Program-made: the position numbers and the translations under genes | Virus record (IMG/VR): IMGVR_UViG_3300021254_000021 | Span: 128,001 to 192,000 of that record | Origin: a virus | Lineage: Duplodnaviria > Caudoviricetes | Direction: 5' to 3' (one strand) | DNA: 64,000 bases | Shown here: positions 9,191-18,921 of the stretch, one piece after another | How positions within the stretch are numbered: the first letter of the stretch is position 1 | How the letters are laid out: each line of letters opens with the position of its first letter | Notes under the pieces: generated by a model | What the model was told of the DNA's origin: nothing | Databases searched by the model: none | The model's input: the letters and a program-made list of their open reading frames with translations, nothing else

Positions 9191-9853
9191 ATGGGACTTG
9201 ACGTACATTTCTATAACAGAAAAAAGATAAAGCCAGAACATAAAGTGGATGGCATAGATGTATTAAAAGAAGTGTCTGAATTATCTGCTGACACTGAATT
9301 ATTGCAAGCACTTAAGCGTCTAAAAGAATATACCTTACTATCAGAGGAAAGACTTAATGAATGCTTAGTAAAAGCAATAAATCAATTTGTAGAACGGGAA
9401 TCCGATTTCTATGATGATAGGCATTGTGAGGTAGCCTATTTCCGTAAATTCTGGTGGGTATTAAATTTCTTTGAATATACTGATTCGGATTATGCCAATG
9501 ATAAACCAGTATCAAAAGAGCAAATAGAAGAGGCTAGAAACCTTGCAGAGAAAACCATTAAAATGGTGATGAAACACTTTACCGATAAAGGATTTGAGAT
9601 TGAACATTCACCACTTGAATATACAGGCCAAACTTCTAGGTGGGGTGGAAAACAACCAGAATATCTAACTTTCAAAAATGGTATTCTGTCAGGCGAGTTA
9701 GAGCAAGAAGCAGATTCTATCTGTTCTGATATATTTGACTGTGAAGATACTTTCCTATTTTGTAAGGTATGTGAGTTATACACTCAATTTACAAATATTC
9801 TAAATGAGACAGACTGGGACTACGAGCAGATAGTCCTTAATGCAGACTGGTAA
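9191..9853 (+). CDS. Phage hypothetical protein (MGLD...YFRK type)
   Basis: 220 aa ORF with RBS; MGLD start and EVAYFRKFWW. Confidence 0.7.
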   Translation: MGLDVHFYNRKKIKPEHKVDGIDVLKEVSELSADTELLQALKRLKEYTLLSEERLNECLVKAINQFVERESDFYDDRHCEVAYFRKFWWVLNFFEYTDSDYANDKPVSKEQIEEARNLAEKTIKMVMKHFTDKGFEIEHSPLEYTGQTSRWGGKQPEYLTFKNGILSGELEQEADSICSDIFDCEDTFLFCKVCELYTQFTNILNETDWDYEQIVLNADW

Positions 9854-9856
9854 AAG

Positions 9857-10629
9857 ATGGATCATATTATAACTAACTCTTATTCTTTATTTAATGGTGA
9901 TTGTTTAGAGATTATAAAACAAATACCAGACCATTCTATACAGCTTTGTCTGTGTGATCTTCCTTATGGTGTATTAAACAAATCAAATAAATCAGCACAA
10001 TGGGACAAACCAATAGATTTGCAACTTCTATGGAGTGAGTTTAGAAGAATAGGTAAGGAAAATTGTGCTTATGTTTTCTTTGCATCAGGATTATTCACAC
10101 ATGATTTAATAGAAAGTAATCGCAAGGATTTTAAATATACTTTAGTATGGGACAAAAAGTAGTAACAGGATTTCTTAATGCTAAAAAACAGCCTTTACGT
10201 AGGCATGAGGATATATTAGTATTTTACCAGAAGCAATGTGTTTATAATCCTCAATTTACAAAGGGGAAACCTTCTCATATTCGTGGTGAAAATGCTAAGT
10301 CTTGTAATAAGCTATGGGGATCTACTGAAGTAGAAGCACAGAAAATAGTAAATGTTAAAAAATATACAGATGATTAGTACCCGACATCCATATTACAGTT
10401 TGAAAAGAATATTCATGTATTGAATCATCCAACTGAAAAGCCAGTGTCTATACTAGAATACTTAATAAAAACTTATTCTAATGAAGGAGATGTGATATTA
10501 GATCCAACAATGGGAAGTGGAAGTTGTGGTGAAGCATGTTTAAATACAGGTAGAAAATTTATTGGAATTGAGTTAGACACAACTTGGTTTAACTTTGCCA
10601 AAGAAAGGATAGAAAATCATGTACAGTGA
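9857..10629 (+). pseudogene. Beta-class N4/N6 DNA methyltransferase with a -1 frameshift (~10155) and an in-frame TAG (10375-10377)
   Basis: GDCLE, DLPYG (motif IV), [32 protein letters not shown] and DPTMGSGS (motif I) are spread over three collinear ORF pieces. Confidence 0.85.
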
Positions 10630-11065
10630 TTTAAGAAAGGTATTTAACAAGTATAAAGACTATGATTATATAGACCCCGATTTTGCCACCTACTTCATTA
10701 AGTCACCAGAGGAATTTGATGAACAGCATGGTGGAATATGTTGGGACTTTGTAGTAGCCATAGCTAATGAGCTAAACAAATATGACATTCCTTATACCTG
10801 TTATTTCTCTGAGGTACAGAAAAGGGATAAAACGGTTGCTACGCATACCTATATAATTGCAGATGGTTATTGGATAGAGTGTAGTTGGCAGAAGTATAAG
10901 GGTATTAGAATGGTGGATTCTTTTACCAATATAGAGAATCTTTTATTAAGGTATTACAAGTGTAATGAGGTACATACAGTATCTTATAACCCTTTAAAGA
11001 CTGTTGGCAAGACGGATAACCAATTCTTCTTTCACCTTAATGAGTATGGGAAAGAATTATCCTAA
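10619..11065 (+). CDS. Transglutaminase/papain-like fold protein
   Basis: GGICWDF...THT...WIE gives a candidate Cys-His-Glu triad. Confidence 0.5.
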   Translation: MYSDLRKVFNKYKDYDYIDPDFATYFIKSPEEFDEQHGGICWDFVVAIANELNKYDIPYTCYFSEVQKRDKTVATHTYIIADGYWIECSWQKYKGIRMVDSFTNIENLLLRYYKCNEVHTVSYNPLKTVGKTDNQFFFHLNEYGKELS

Positions 11066-11086
11066 AATTAAAAGAGAAAATATAAT

Positions 11087-11350
11087 ATGGTGAATATAGA
11101 AGATTTAGAATTAGAAGAAGGAACAATTGTCTTAGAACCACAATCATCCTATAATAAGGCAATTATAGGTGTATCCATAGACTCTAAGCATATCATTTAT
11201 AGTTATGACCTATTACTTTATACTCTTGTAGAAGGTGGTATGTCTTATGAGGATGCTATGGATTGGTTAGAATATAACACTTTTCGTTCTTTAGCTTATA
11301 TGGACGTAGAGTATAGACCTATAATAATTAGGTCTATAGAGGAGGAATAG
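11087..11350 (+). CDS. Phage hypothetical protein
   Basis: AIIGV...YSY...MSYEDAMDWLEYNT pattern, recurrent in phages. Confidence 0.65.
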   Translation: MVNIEDLELEEGTIVLEPQSSYNKAIIGVSIDSKHIIYSYDLLLYTLVEGGMSYEDAMDWLEYNTFRSLAYMDVEYRPIIIRSIEEE

Positions 11351-11351
11351 A

Positions 11352-11573
11352 ATGCAATATCTTTATTCATACAGATTTAAAGTAACTACAGATCCTAATG
11401 ATAAAGACTCTATTTATTTTCCTGATTTAATTGGCGCACAGTTAGGTATAGAGGAAGCTAAGGATAATATTAGACAATTCTTAGAGCGAGAGGAAACTAA
11501 AATTCAGAAAATAAAGGATGATATTCCTAATATGATCAATTTAATTAACGCTTACTTTGGAGGTAAACAATGA
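11352..11573 (+). CDS. Hypothetical protein
   Basis: GAGGAGG RBS; ATGA overlap with the next gene. Confidence 0.6.
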   Translation: MQYLYSYRFKVTTDPNDKDSIYFPDLIGAQLGIEEAKDNIRQFLEREETKIQKIKDDIPNMINLINAYFGGKQ

Positions 11574-13561
11574 GTGGCGGACACTTCGATTACCAAGACT
11601 CTCGCATCTATGACTTTGCAGAATATGTTGAATATTTTAAACCGAAAAATATTAATGATAAGACAACAGTATTAGAACATACATCAAAACTAAATAGATT
11701 ATTACATGACAATGGTATTCCTGAAAAACTTCGTAGTCAATTCGTAGGTACATGTTTGTTGGCTTTAAAGAATAATTTAACCTATAAAGGACTTAATACC
11801 AGTCAAATTATCGCTGGTATTAAGGATGTATTAGGAAGCCTTCTTGAGGGTAGTGTAGACAAGGCAGATAAAATAGCAATTTTACACACACAGATATTAC
11901 AAAGTCAAAGTGTAGAAAAGATTAAGTCGGAAAATTTTGAAAGGTTACTACTATTTATTGAGACTAACATTGTTCCTTATATTAACGAGTCAAGTAATGA
12001 AGGACATGATATTTTAAGTTATTTTTTTACAACATTTAATAAATATGTAGCCAGAGAAGATAAGAATCAAGCATTCACTCCAAACCATATTGCTCAGTTC
12101 ATGGCTACTGTTGCGGGTATTTATAGAACATCACGAATTTTAGACCCAACATGTGGTTCTGGAACATTTCTTGTGCAAGCTATGACTCAAGCACTTAACC
12201 AATGTGATACCAATGAAGAGCGTGATGCCATAAAAAGAGAACAAATCTATGGTATAGAGTTCGATAGAAATGTGTATGGATTGGCAACAACAAATATGCT
12301 AATTCATGGTGATGGAAACTCAAATATTCGATGTGGATCATGTTTTGATTTAGGTGATTGGATAAAGAAAAGTAATGCGGATGTTGTTTTAATGAATCCA
12401 CCATATAATGCGTCAAAGAATCAGGTAACAGATAGATTTGCTTCAACATGGAGCAAAACGAGTACAGACCCATCAAAGGGGTTTAGTTTTGTTGAATTTG
12501 TTGCTGATAAGGTTGGGAAAGGAAGATTAGTAACACTTTTGCCTATGGCATGTGCAATTCAAACAGATGGTGTAATCGGTGATTTTAAACAAAAGATGCT
12601 TGAAAAGCATACGTTAGATGCGGTATTTTCATTTCCAACTGAAATGTTTTATCCTGGGGCTAGTGCTGTTGCGTGTTGTATGGTTTTCGATTTAGGAAAG
12701 CCACATAAACCAGACAAAGAGACATTCTTTGGATATTTCAGGGAAGATGGTTTTGAAAAGCGCAAAGGTGTAGGTCGTGTTGATGTGTATGAAACATGGG
12801 AAACAATTCAAAAGGATTGGCTACACTTATATAATCATCGTTTAACAGTTGCTGGTAAGTCGATTAATCGTCATGTGAAAGCAACGGACGAATGGTGTGC
12901 GGAAGCATATATGAAAGCAGACTATTCTAAACTTTCAAAAAAGATGTTTTTGAATACAGTGCGAGAGTATATATCCTACCTCGTTAAAGATAATATGACC
13001 TTATCATTTCTACCCACTGGCCAAAATAATGGTGCATTAGATTGGATTAACGATTTAATTTGTAATTTGTCTGAACGTTCAATTAAAGATTCTTCGATTG
13101 ATACATCCTCTTGGGTGGAAATTGAAATCCAAAAATACTTTAATGTTAAGGCTGGAAAATACTATTATTCTTATGAGTATGACAATGGTGATACTCCTTA
13201 TTTATCGGCTTCAAATGAAAACAATGGGGTAAAAGAAAGAATTAGTATTCCTCCTGATTTTGATGGTAATTGTATTGTTACAGGAAAAGTAGGGTGTACA
13301 TCTTTCTACGAACCTTTTTCTTTTTGTGCTACAAGTGATGTAAATATTTTACTACCAAAATTTCATCTAAATGTAGAGATTGGTCTTTTTATAGCTACCA
13401 TAATTAACTTTAACGAAAACTTTCGATGGAATTATGGACGACAATGCCGTGTAGGTAATACACAGAGAATTAAGATCTTTCTTCCTTCAAAAAAAGGAGA
13501 ACCAGACTGGCAGTTTATGGAGAATTACATAAAGTCGCTCCCATACGGAGACAGGATTTAG
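11570..13561 (+). CDS. N6-adenine DNA methyltransferase with fused C-terminal TRD (type IIG/HsdM-HsdS-like), no nuclease domain
   Basis: AFTPNHI (motif X), LDPTCGSGTFL (motif I), NPPY (motif IV); C-terminal TRD ending LPSKKGEPDWQFMENYIKSL. Confidence 0.9.
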   Translation: MSGGHFDYQDSRIYDFAEYVEYFKPKNINDKTTVLEHTSKLNRLLHDNGIPEKLRSQFVGTCLLALKNNLTYKGLNTSQIIAGIKDVLGSLLEGSVDKADKIAILHTQILQSQSVEKIKSENFERLLLFIETNIVPYINESSNEGHDILSYFFTTFNKYVAREDKNQAFTPNHIAQFMATVAGIYRTSRILDPTCGSGTFLVQAMTQALNQCDTNEERDAIKREQIYGIEFDRNVYGLATTNMLIHGDGNSNIRCGSCFDLGDWIKKSNADVVLMNPPYNASKNQVTDRFASTWSKTSTDPSKGFSFVEFVADKVGKGRLVTLLPMACAIQTDGVIGDFKQKMLEKHTLDAVFSFPTEMFYPGASAVACCMVFDLGKPHKPDKETFFGYFREDGFEKRKGVGRVDVYETWETIQKDWLHLYNHRLTVAGKSINRHVKATDEWCAEAYMKADYSKLSKKMFLNTVREYISYLVKDNMTLSFLPTGQNNGALDWINDLICNLSERSIKDSSIDTSSWVEIEIQKYFNVKAGKYYYSYEYDNGDTPYLSASNENNGVKERISIPPDFDGNCIVTGKVGCTSFYEPFSFCATSDVNILLPKFHLNVEIGLFIATIINFNENFRWNYGRQCRVGNTQRIKIFLPSKKGEPDWQFMENYIKSLPYGDRI

Positions 13562-13631
13562 GTAGTGAAATATCTCAAAACCAAGTACAGTTTGCACTAA
13601 ATCGCATATCCAAATGGAACAAGGAGACAGC

Positions 13632-14261
13632 ATGAAGATTATAGAACCATATTATGAGATTCTTACACCTATTAATGGTAAAGAGGCTCTGCAAACAATA
13701 GAGTATTGTGCCCGCACTTGCTACCAGTCTTACGATAAACAGACGGATGATTCCTGTTTCCAGTTTGTAAAGATGCTTATGGGGAGAAACCATGAATCAT
13801 GTTTAGAACACTATTCATTCTCTGTTAAATTTGTAGTAGACAGGGCTATTCAGAATGAAATAGTGCGGCATAGACTTAGCTCATTCTGTTGCTCAAGTAC
13901 ACGTTACTGTAATTATTCTAAAGATAAGTTTGGTAATGAGATAACAGTCATTCGACCATTCTTTTATAAAGATGGTACAGCGGAATTTGAGTTTTGGAAA
14001 AAGGCGATGAAGGATGCAGAGGCTTATTACTTATTCTTAGTGTCACATTCCAAACCAGAGGAAGCTAGGTGTGTATTACCGCTATCACTTAAAACAGAAT
14101 TGGTTATGACAGCTAATATTCGAGAATGGCGTCATTTCTTAAAGTTGAGAACGTCGGCATTTTCCCACCCACAAATGCGTCAAGTCACTATCCCTCTTTT
14201 AAACGAGCTTAAATCTTTAATACCTGTGGTGTTTGATGATATAGAAGGTGAAGTAGAGTGA
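13632..14261 (+). CDS. thyX: FAD-dependent thymidylate synthase
   Basis: ARTCY, HES-LEH, RHR-x7-STRY, EEAR-LP, NIREWRHFLKLR and HPQMR; RBS before ATG 13632. Confidence 0.95.
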   Translation: MKIIEPYYEILTPINGKEALQTIEYCARTCYQSYDKQTDDSCFQFVKMLMGRNHESCLEHYSFSVKFVVDRAIQNEIVRHRLSSFCCSSTRYCNYSKDKFGNEITVIRPFFYKDGTAEFEFWKKAMKDAEAYYLFLVSHSKPEEARCVLPLSLKTELVMTANIREWRHFLKLRTSAFSHPQMRQVTIPLLNELKSLIPVVFDDIEGEVE

Positions 14262-15037
14262 TGAGAAGTCCGATTAAGTACTTTGGGGGTAAAATCTATA
14301 TGCAGGGAGAGATTCAATCTTGTTACCCGTCAAATCTTTATGATTACACTTTTGTTGAGGGTTTTGGTGGCGGGGCTTCCGCTTTATTTGCCAAACCCCC
14401 ATTTGGGGTAGAGGTGTATAATGACTTAGACGAAAACCTGTATGCTTTATTTAAGGTATTGCAGGATAAGGAATTATTCGCAGTCTTTAAGTCTAAGTTA
14501 GACCTCACACCTTATTCCAAACAAATCAGACAGGAATTTAAGGACAGCATAAAGCAGGATAACATTGACCTAGTTACCCGCGCCTTCATGTTCTTCTACA
14601 TTAACCGAACATCCTTTAACGGGGTAGGTGGGTTCTGCACTAATTTAAGTGTACGCAGGAACATGAGCAAGGCTGTTTCGGATTATCTGTCTATGGTGGA
14701 TTACCTTCCAGAGATACACGACCGCATTTCTAGAGTGATCATTGAAAAGGTGGACATTCTGGAACTGTTAGACAAGTATAATAAACCCTCAATTTTCTTT
14801 TACCTTGATCCACCCTATGTTCACTCTACTCGAAAATCCACGGCTCGCTATAACGTAGAGATGACGGACGATCAACACCGATCCATGATAGAGGCCATCA
14901 TTAACCATAGTGGAAAGTTCGTGATTTCTGGTTACGATAATCCCATCTATGACCCCCTGTTGGATAACGGGTTCAATAAGAAAAACTTTAAGTCTCCCTC
15001 CTCTGAATCCATAGAGACAGTTTGGTTTAATACTTGA
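14258..15037 (+). CDS. D12-class N6-adenine DNA methyltransferase (Dam-like)
   Basis: YFGGK, FVEGFGGGAS, EVYND and YLDPPY. Target sequence cannot be determined by eye. Confidence 0.9.
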   Translation: MMRSPIKYFGGKIYMQGEIQSCYPSNLYDYTFVEGFGGGASALFAKPPFGVEVYNDLDENLYALFKVLQDKELFAVFKSKLDLTPYSKQIRQEFKDSIKQDNIDLVTRAFMFFYINRTSFNGVGGFCTNLSVRRNMSKAVSDYLSMVDYLPEIHDRISRVIIEKVDILELLDKYNKPSIFFYLDPPYVHSTRKSTARYNVEMTDDQHRSMIEAIINHSGKFVISGYDNPIYDPLLDNGFNKKNFKSPSSESIETVWFNT

Positions 15038-15218
15038 GTGTGTCACCTGAATGAAAAGATTAAAGAGTTAATTTAAGGTATGGAGTCCTCGGGTTAAACC
15101 TTCTTAGAAAGGTTGCCTAAATTTTCGTATTATGGTATGCACTAGTGGGAGAGGATTTAGTAGGTGAATCCCCTGAGACCAATTTTACAAAAATTTTCCA
15201 AACTCTTGGAGGGTTGCT

Positions 15219-15875
15219 ATGATGCTTAATACGGATGTTATTGTTAAGCTGAACTTTGATCTGAGTGGTAACTGTGCTAGTTTTTTGCTAGCCTCTTACT
15301 TGGATATTAAACAGTTTATGCTTAATTCACTCTCAAAACAAGTTCCCTTCCTTGTTGACTTTTTACTCTGGCACAATTCACACAGCATTGAGGCTATCAC
15401 ACAGAAAAGCACGGAGTCTTACATTACAGAGCTTTATTCGACTAAGGCAAAGAGCTATGCTGATGTCATTCGTTCCTACCTACGTTCTTTTTGTGCATTC
15501 CTTTCCAGTAAAGAGATAATCCCAGACATTTCTTTTGACACCCGTCCAAAAGGTAAAGCAGAAGACCCAACCAAACTCCATAAGGTATTTAATTATTATA
15601 AGTATTTGGGTATCTCTAAGAGGGCTGACCTTTCAGAGATAAAAAAGGCGTATCATAACAAAGCCCGTACACTTCATCCAGACATGAATCAGGATGATCC
15701 CAATGCGACTAATCGGGTTATGGCTTTAAATAAGATGTATGACATTCTTAAAAATGAATCAGATAGGTTGGCGTATGATGTGGCTATGGGTTATTCTGAT
15801 TATGATGATGATTACTTGGACTCTTTAGAGGGTATATCATGGCACGATAAAGAGTTCTACTTCATTTGGATTTAA
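15219..15875 (+). CDS. C-terminal J-domain (DnaJ-like) protein
   Basis: NYYKYLGI...EIKKAYH...LHPDMN...LNKMYDIL...RLAYD. Confidence 0.85.
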   Translation: MMLNTDVIVKLNFDLSGNCASFLLASYLDIKQFMLNSLSKQVPFLVDFLLWHNSHSIEAITQKSTESYITELYSTKAKSYADVIRSYLRSFCAFLSSKEIIPDISFDTRPKGKAEDPTKLHKVFNYYKYLGISKRADLSEIKKAYHNKARTLHPDMNQDDPNATNRVMALNKMYDILKNESDRLAYDVAMGYSDYDDDYLDSLEGISWHDKEFYFIWI

Positions 15876-15953
15876 CCAATGCCTCGTTAAGGGGCTTTTC
15901 CTTTCCTTCATTTTCCATCATACCAACTTTCAAAAAATTTGGAGCAAAAAACT

Positions 15954-16514
15954 ATGAGTAAAGAGAACAAAGAGACCGTGGCAATTAAAGGGACAGTTAA
16001 AGTTAGACGTAACAAAGAGATTAAAAAAGACTCAATACGTATTCAGCAAGACCAGAATATGTATGAGGAGAATAAGCCAAAACAAGATAAAAATGGGCGT
16101 AACTGGATTGGAAACATTGTTAAAGACCTTCCACCTATAATATCACCAGAGGAATATTGGGCAGGTGTGCGTAAAGAGATTTTGCCAGAACACTTAGCTT
16201 TATTTGACTCAACTCAATCTACTATAGTTAAAGAGGTGTTAAAAGAAGTGAACGGTGTTTTACCAGAATACCGTTTTCAAATTTCCTTGCTCCAATTCAA
16301 GAAATTAACTGAGCAAGATTTTTTATCCCTCAAAGAAATAACAGACCACATTAAGATTCGTGCCTGCGATGCAGGAGACATCCTTAAAGCAATCTTATAT
16401 AAGAAAGAAGTAGAACATTATTCTTTAGACTTTAAATTCTCTGGTCAGTCTATAAAGGACATCTTTGGTACTAGTTGGGAACACTCTTTTTACACCCTCT
16501 ATCTAATCGGATGA
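15954..16514 (+). CDS. Hypothetical protein
   Basis: GGAG RBS before ATG 15954. Confidence 0.6.
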   Translation: MSKENKETVAIKGTVKVRRNKEIKKDSIRIQQDQNMYEENKPKQDKNGRNWIGNIVKDLPPIISPEEYWAGVRKEILPEHLALFDSTQSTIVKEVLKEVNGVLPEYRFQISLLQFKKLTEQDFLSLKEITDHIKIRACDAGDILKAILYKKEVEHYSLDFKFSGQSIKDIFGTSWEHSFYTLYLIG

Positions 16515-16537
16515 TCTTTTCTACTAAGGAGGGAATT

Positions 16538-16780
16538 ATGGATTTATTACCTATATTAGAAAATATTTCTGGCGAGATTGATGCAATTAAGCTGTACACA
16601 AAAGCCATAGAACAGAGTACTGATCCAACTGTAGTAGAGGTTTTAACGTCTATTAGGGATGAGGAAAAAGTTCACGTCGGCGAACTTATGTACCTAGCTA
16701 TGAAGGTGTCACCTGAATTAGCCTCTAAATTCCTTGAAGGGTGTAAAGAGGTTAAAGAGCTAGTTGGAGATATGAATTAG
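16538..16780 (+). CDS. Small ferritin-like (rubrerythrin/EncFtn-like half) protein
   Basis: EIDAIKLY...IRDEEKVHVGEL (E...ExxH di-iron ligands); AAGGAGG RBS. Confidence 0.8.
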   Translation: MDLLPILENISGEIDAIKLYTKAIEQSTDPTVVEVLTSIRDEEKVHVGELMYLAMKVSPELASKFLEGCKEVKELVGDMN

Positions 16781-16805
16781 AAAGCGGCGGTTATGCCGCT
16801 TTTTT
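16781..16805 (+). terminator. Intrinsic terminator
   Basis: AAAGCGGCG-GTTA-TGCCGCTTTTTT. Confidence 0.8.
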
Positions 16806-16856
16806 AGTCTTATTCGTATTATAGAGCTGTGTATTTATTCTAACAAAGGATTAAGA

Positions 16857-17387
16857 ATGAGGTATCATAGAAAAGCACCTAGGTTAAAAGGATGCAGAAT
16901 CCACAAGAAGCATTACTGGGATATTTTTGAGGCAATTAAAAACTACCATTACTGGATGTTTACCGATAGTGATGTAAGCAGGGTGGAGATTCTTCCACCT
17001 ACTTTAGACAACCTTAATTTAATGAAGGAGAGTCATTTATGGTGGGTCGTTAAAGGGTTTAAAAATCCTTTGGAGTTTAAAGTATGGGATAATCTTAGAA
17101 TAGAGCAAGGTGTCTATTCAATGCTGTATGCTTCCCGATCTGTGGGTAATGAGCTAATCTTTCGAGCTATAAATGCTATGTTAAATGAAGAACCTCTGCC
17201 GTCTAAAACAGAAATAGACCAGTATGTAGAGGCTAATAAACTCATTCCTATAATGGATGCCAAATCGGAGAAAAGAATCAAAGAGAGAGAACATTATAAA
17301 AGACTGTATGAGAAATATTCCATTCTTCTGCATAGAAGAATATTCCGTCTTATAAAGCAAGGTAGAGTCGGGTTAATTGAACAATGA
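16857..17387 (+). CDS. Hypothetical protein
   Basis: 176 aa ORF with RBS. Confidence 0.6.
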   Translation: MRYHRKAPRLKGCRIHKKHYWDIFEAIKNYHYWMFTDSDVSRVEILPPTLDNLNLMKESHLWWVVKGFKNPLEFKVWDNLRIEQGVYSMLYASRSVGNELIFRAINAMLNEEPLPSKTEIDQYVEANKLIPIMDAKSEKRIKEREHYKRLYEKYSILLHRRIFRLIKQGRVGLIEQ

Positions 17388-17752
17388 GTAAAGAGAACTT
17401 AAGAGAGCTGTATAATCAGCCCATTATGGCCGATGTATTAGACTTTATTCAACGCCGTTTCCAAACGGCGAAAGATGACCCACAATGGGTATCTGGAAAC
17501 TGCTTTTATTTTGCGGCTATTCTTAAAGTACGTTTCCCACAAGGGTTTATCGTTTATGACGTAATTAAAGGTCATTTTCTTTTCCTGTATCACTCTTTAT
17601 TGGTGGATGCTGTGCATCACGAATACTTGAAAAAGAAAGTTGTTCCATCCAAAGACTCTTTTATGGTAACTTCCAATATTGTTGTTTGGGATTTTTTCCC
17701 ATTCTACGATAACCTTCAATACAGAAGAATCCTTCGAGACTGCATAGAATAG
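17384..17752 (+). CDS. Papain/transglutaminase-like fold protein
   Basis: GNCFYFA...GHF...VDA gives a candidate Cys-His-Asp triad. Confidence 0.5.
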   Translation: MSKENLRELYNQPIMADVLDFIQRRFQTAKDDPQWVSGNCFYFAAILKVRFPQGFIVYDVIKGHFLFLYHSLLVDAVHHEYLKKKVVPSKDSFMVTSNIVVWDFFPFYDNLQYRRILRDCIE

Positions 17753-17762
17753 GAGAGACATT

Positions 17763-18461
17763 ATGTTTGCACTCAACATTTCACAGAACGGAAAAGACTA
17801 TAAGGCTTATTTTCAGAATGGACGTTTGCGGAGATACAAAGATTTACCACTAGCTAAGAATGCCTCTAAACAGCTTTTAAATAACACTAAGAATAACATT
17901 CATACTGTGGAGATTTTCCAAGTAGAGGATAACACCCCCATTATGTTTGTTACTAAGGAATCCACTAAGATTGTAGAAAGTAAATACAGCCCTTGTGTAA
18001 AAGACATAAATATCCCCGTTACTAAGAAAAGAGAGAATACCGTACCTTTAGAATCCTTAATTGAAAAGAAGGATATTCCTATTAAGAAGGAAGCACCTAA
18101 AAATAATACTGATAATGCTCTAGCCCTTGTACAGCAGGAGCGTAAAGACAGAATCCAATTCCTTAAAGACTGTCACGAAAAGCATAAAAAGAAGGTGGAA
18201 CAGAGACAGCAGGTAAATGTAGCCAACTCAATCAATAATCTGACAGATCCAAAAGTCTGGGAAAAATCCAAAGCATTCCTTAATTCATTTACGGCAAACG
18301 TGCTAGAAATAGCTATTAAGGATAATGATTATAAAACTCTGTTTAATACAGAAATTATGTTAGCTCAAAAAGGTTACTCTTGGTATCCTGATGAGAATAA
18401 CAATATTCAAATAGCCCCGACAGAAAAGGTGTTGGAGATAATCAATAAAAAAAATGAATAG
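17763..18461 (+). CDS. Hypothetical protein
   Basis: 232 aa ORF with AGGAG RBS. Confidence 0.65.
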   Translation: MFALNISQNGKDYKAYFQNGRLRRYKDLPLAKNASKQLLNNTKNNIHTVEIFQVEDNTPIMFVTKESTKIVESKYSPCVKDINIPVTKKRENTVPLESLIEKKDIPIKKEAPKNNTDNALALVQQERKDRIQFLKDCHEKHKKKVEQRQQVNVANSINNLTDPKVWEKSKAFLNSFTANVLEIAIKDNDYKTLFNTEIMLAQKGYSWYPDENNNIQIAPTEKVLEIINKKNE

Positions 18462-18852
18462 GAATACCTTTGAAAGATATATCCAAGAGTTGTGTGAGGA
18501 TTTAGCATTAAAGCACAACTCGTATGCACACAGGCAAAAGCACGCCTGTGTGCTAACATATAACAATGCTGTTATAGCTACGGGGATAAACATTAACTTA
18601 AAGAATGATTTTACTCGTGTGTATAATGACCTTAAATGTCTGCACGCCGAGGCTGTAGCTATAATGAGAGCTATTCCTAAACACCATAATATACTGCATA
18701 AGACAGAATTGTGGGTATGTAGGAAGGGGAAGCTAAACAGTTACTCAAAGCCTTGCCCAATGTGTCAAAAGATAATCAGGACATTTAACATTCCCATTAT
18801 CCATTACACAGATGAAGTAGGAAACTGGATAACAGAATCCCTTTATTCCTAA
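18454..18852 (+). CDS. Zn-dependent cytidine/dCMP deaminase-family protein
   Basis: HAE and SKPCPMC motifs. Confidence 0.85.
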   Translation: MNRNTFERYIQELCEDLALKHNSYAHRQKHACVLTYNNAVIATGININLKNDFTRVYNDLKCLHAEAVAIMRAIPKHHNILHKTELWVCRKGKLNSYSKPCPMCQKIIRTFNIPIIHYTDEVGNWITESLYS

Positions 18853-18921
18853 TATCAAATTGTATAGCTCTTTATAAACCCTTACTACGGGTTTAACTCT
18901 CATAATATAAAGGAGAATATC

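Noticed and set aside
10375-10377. In-frame TAG in the methylase as evidence of stop-codon reassignment (code 15)
   Set aside because: Long genes (polA, nrdD, M-S methylase) are uninterrupted in code 11, many genes end in TAG right before the next start or a terminator, and the same gene also has a frameshift.
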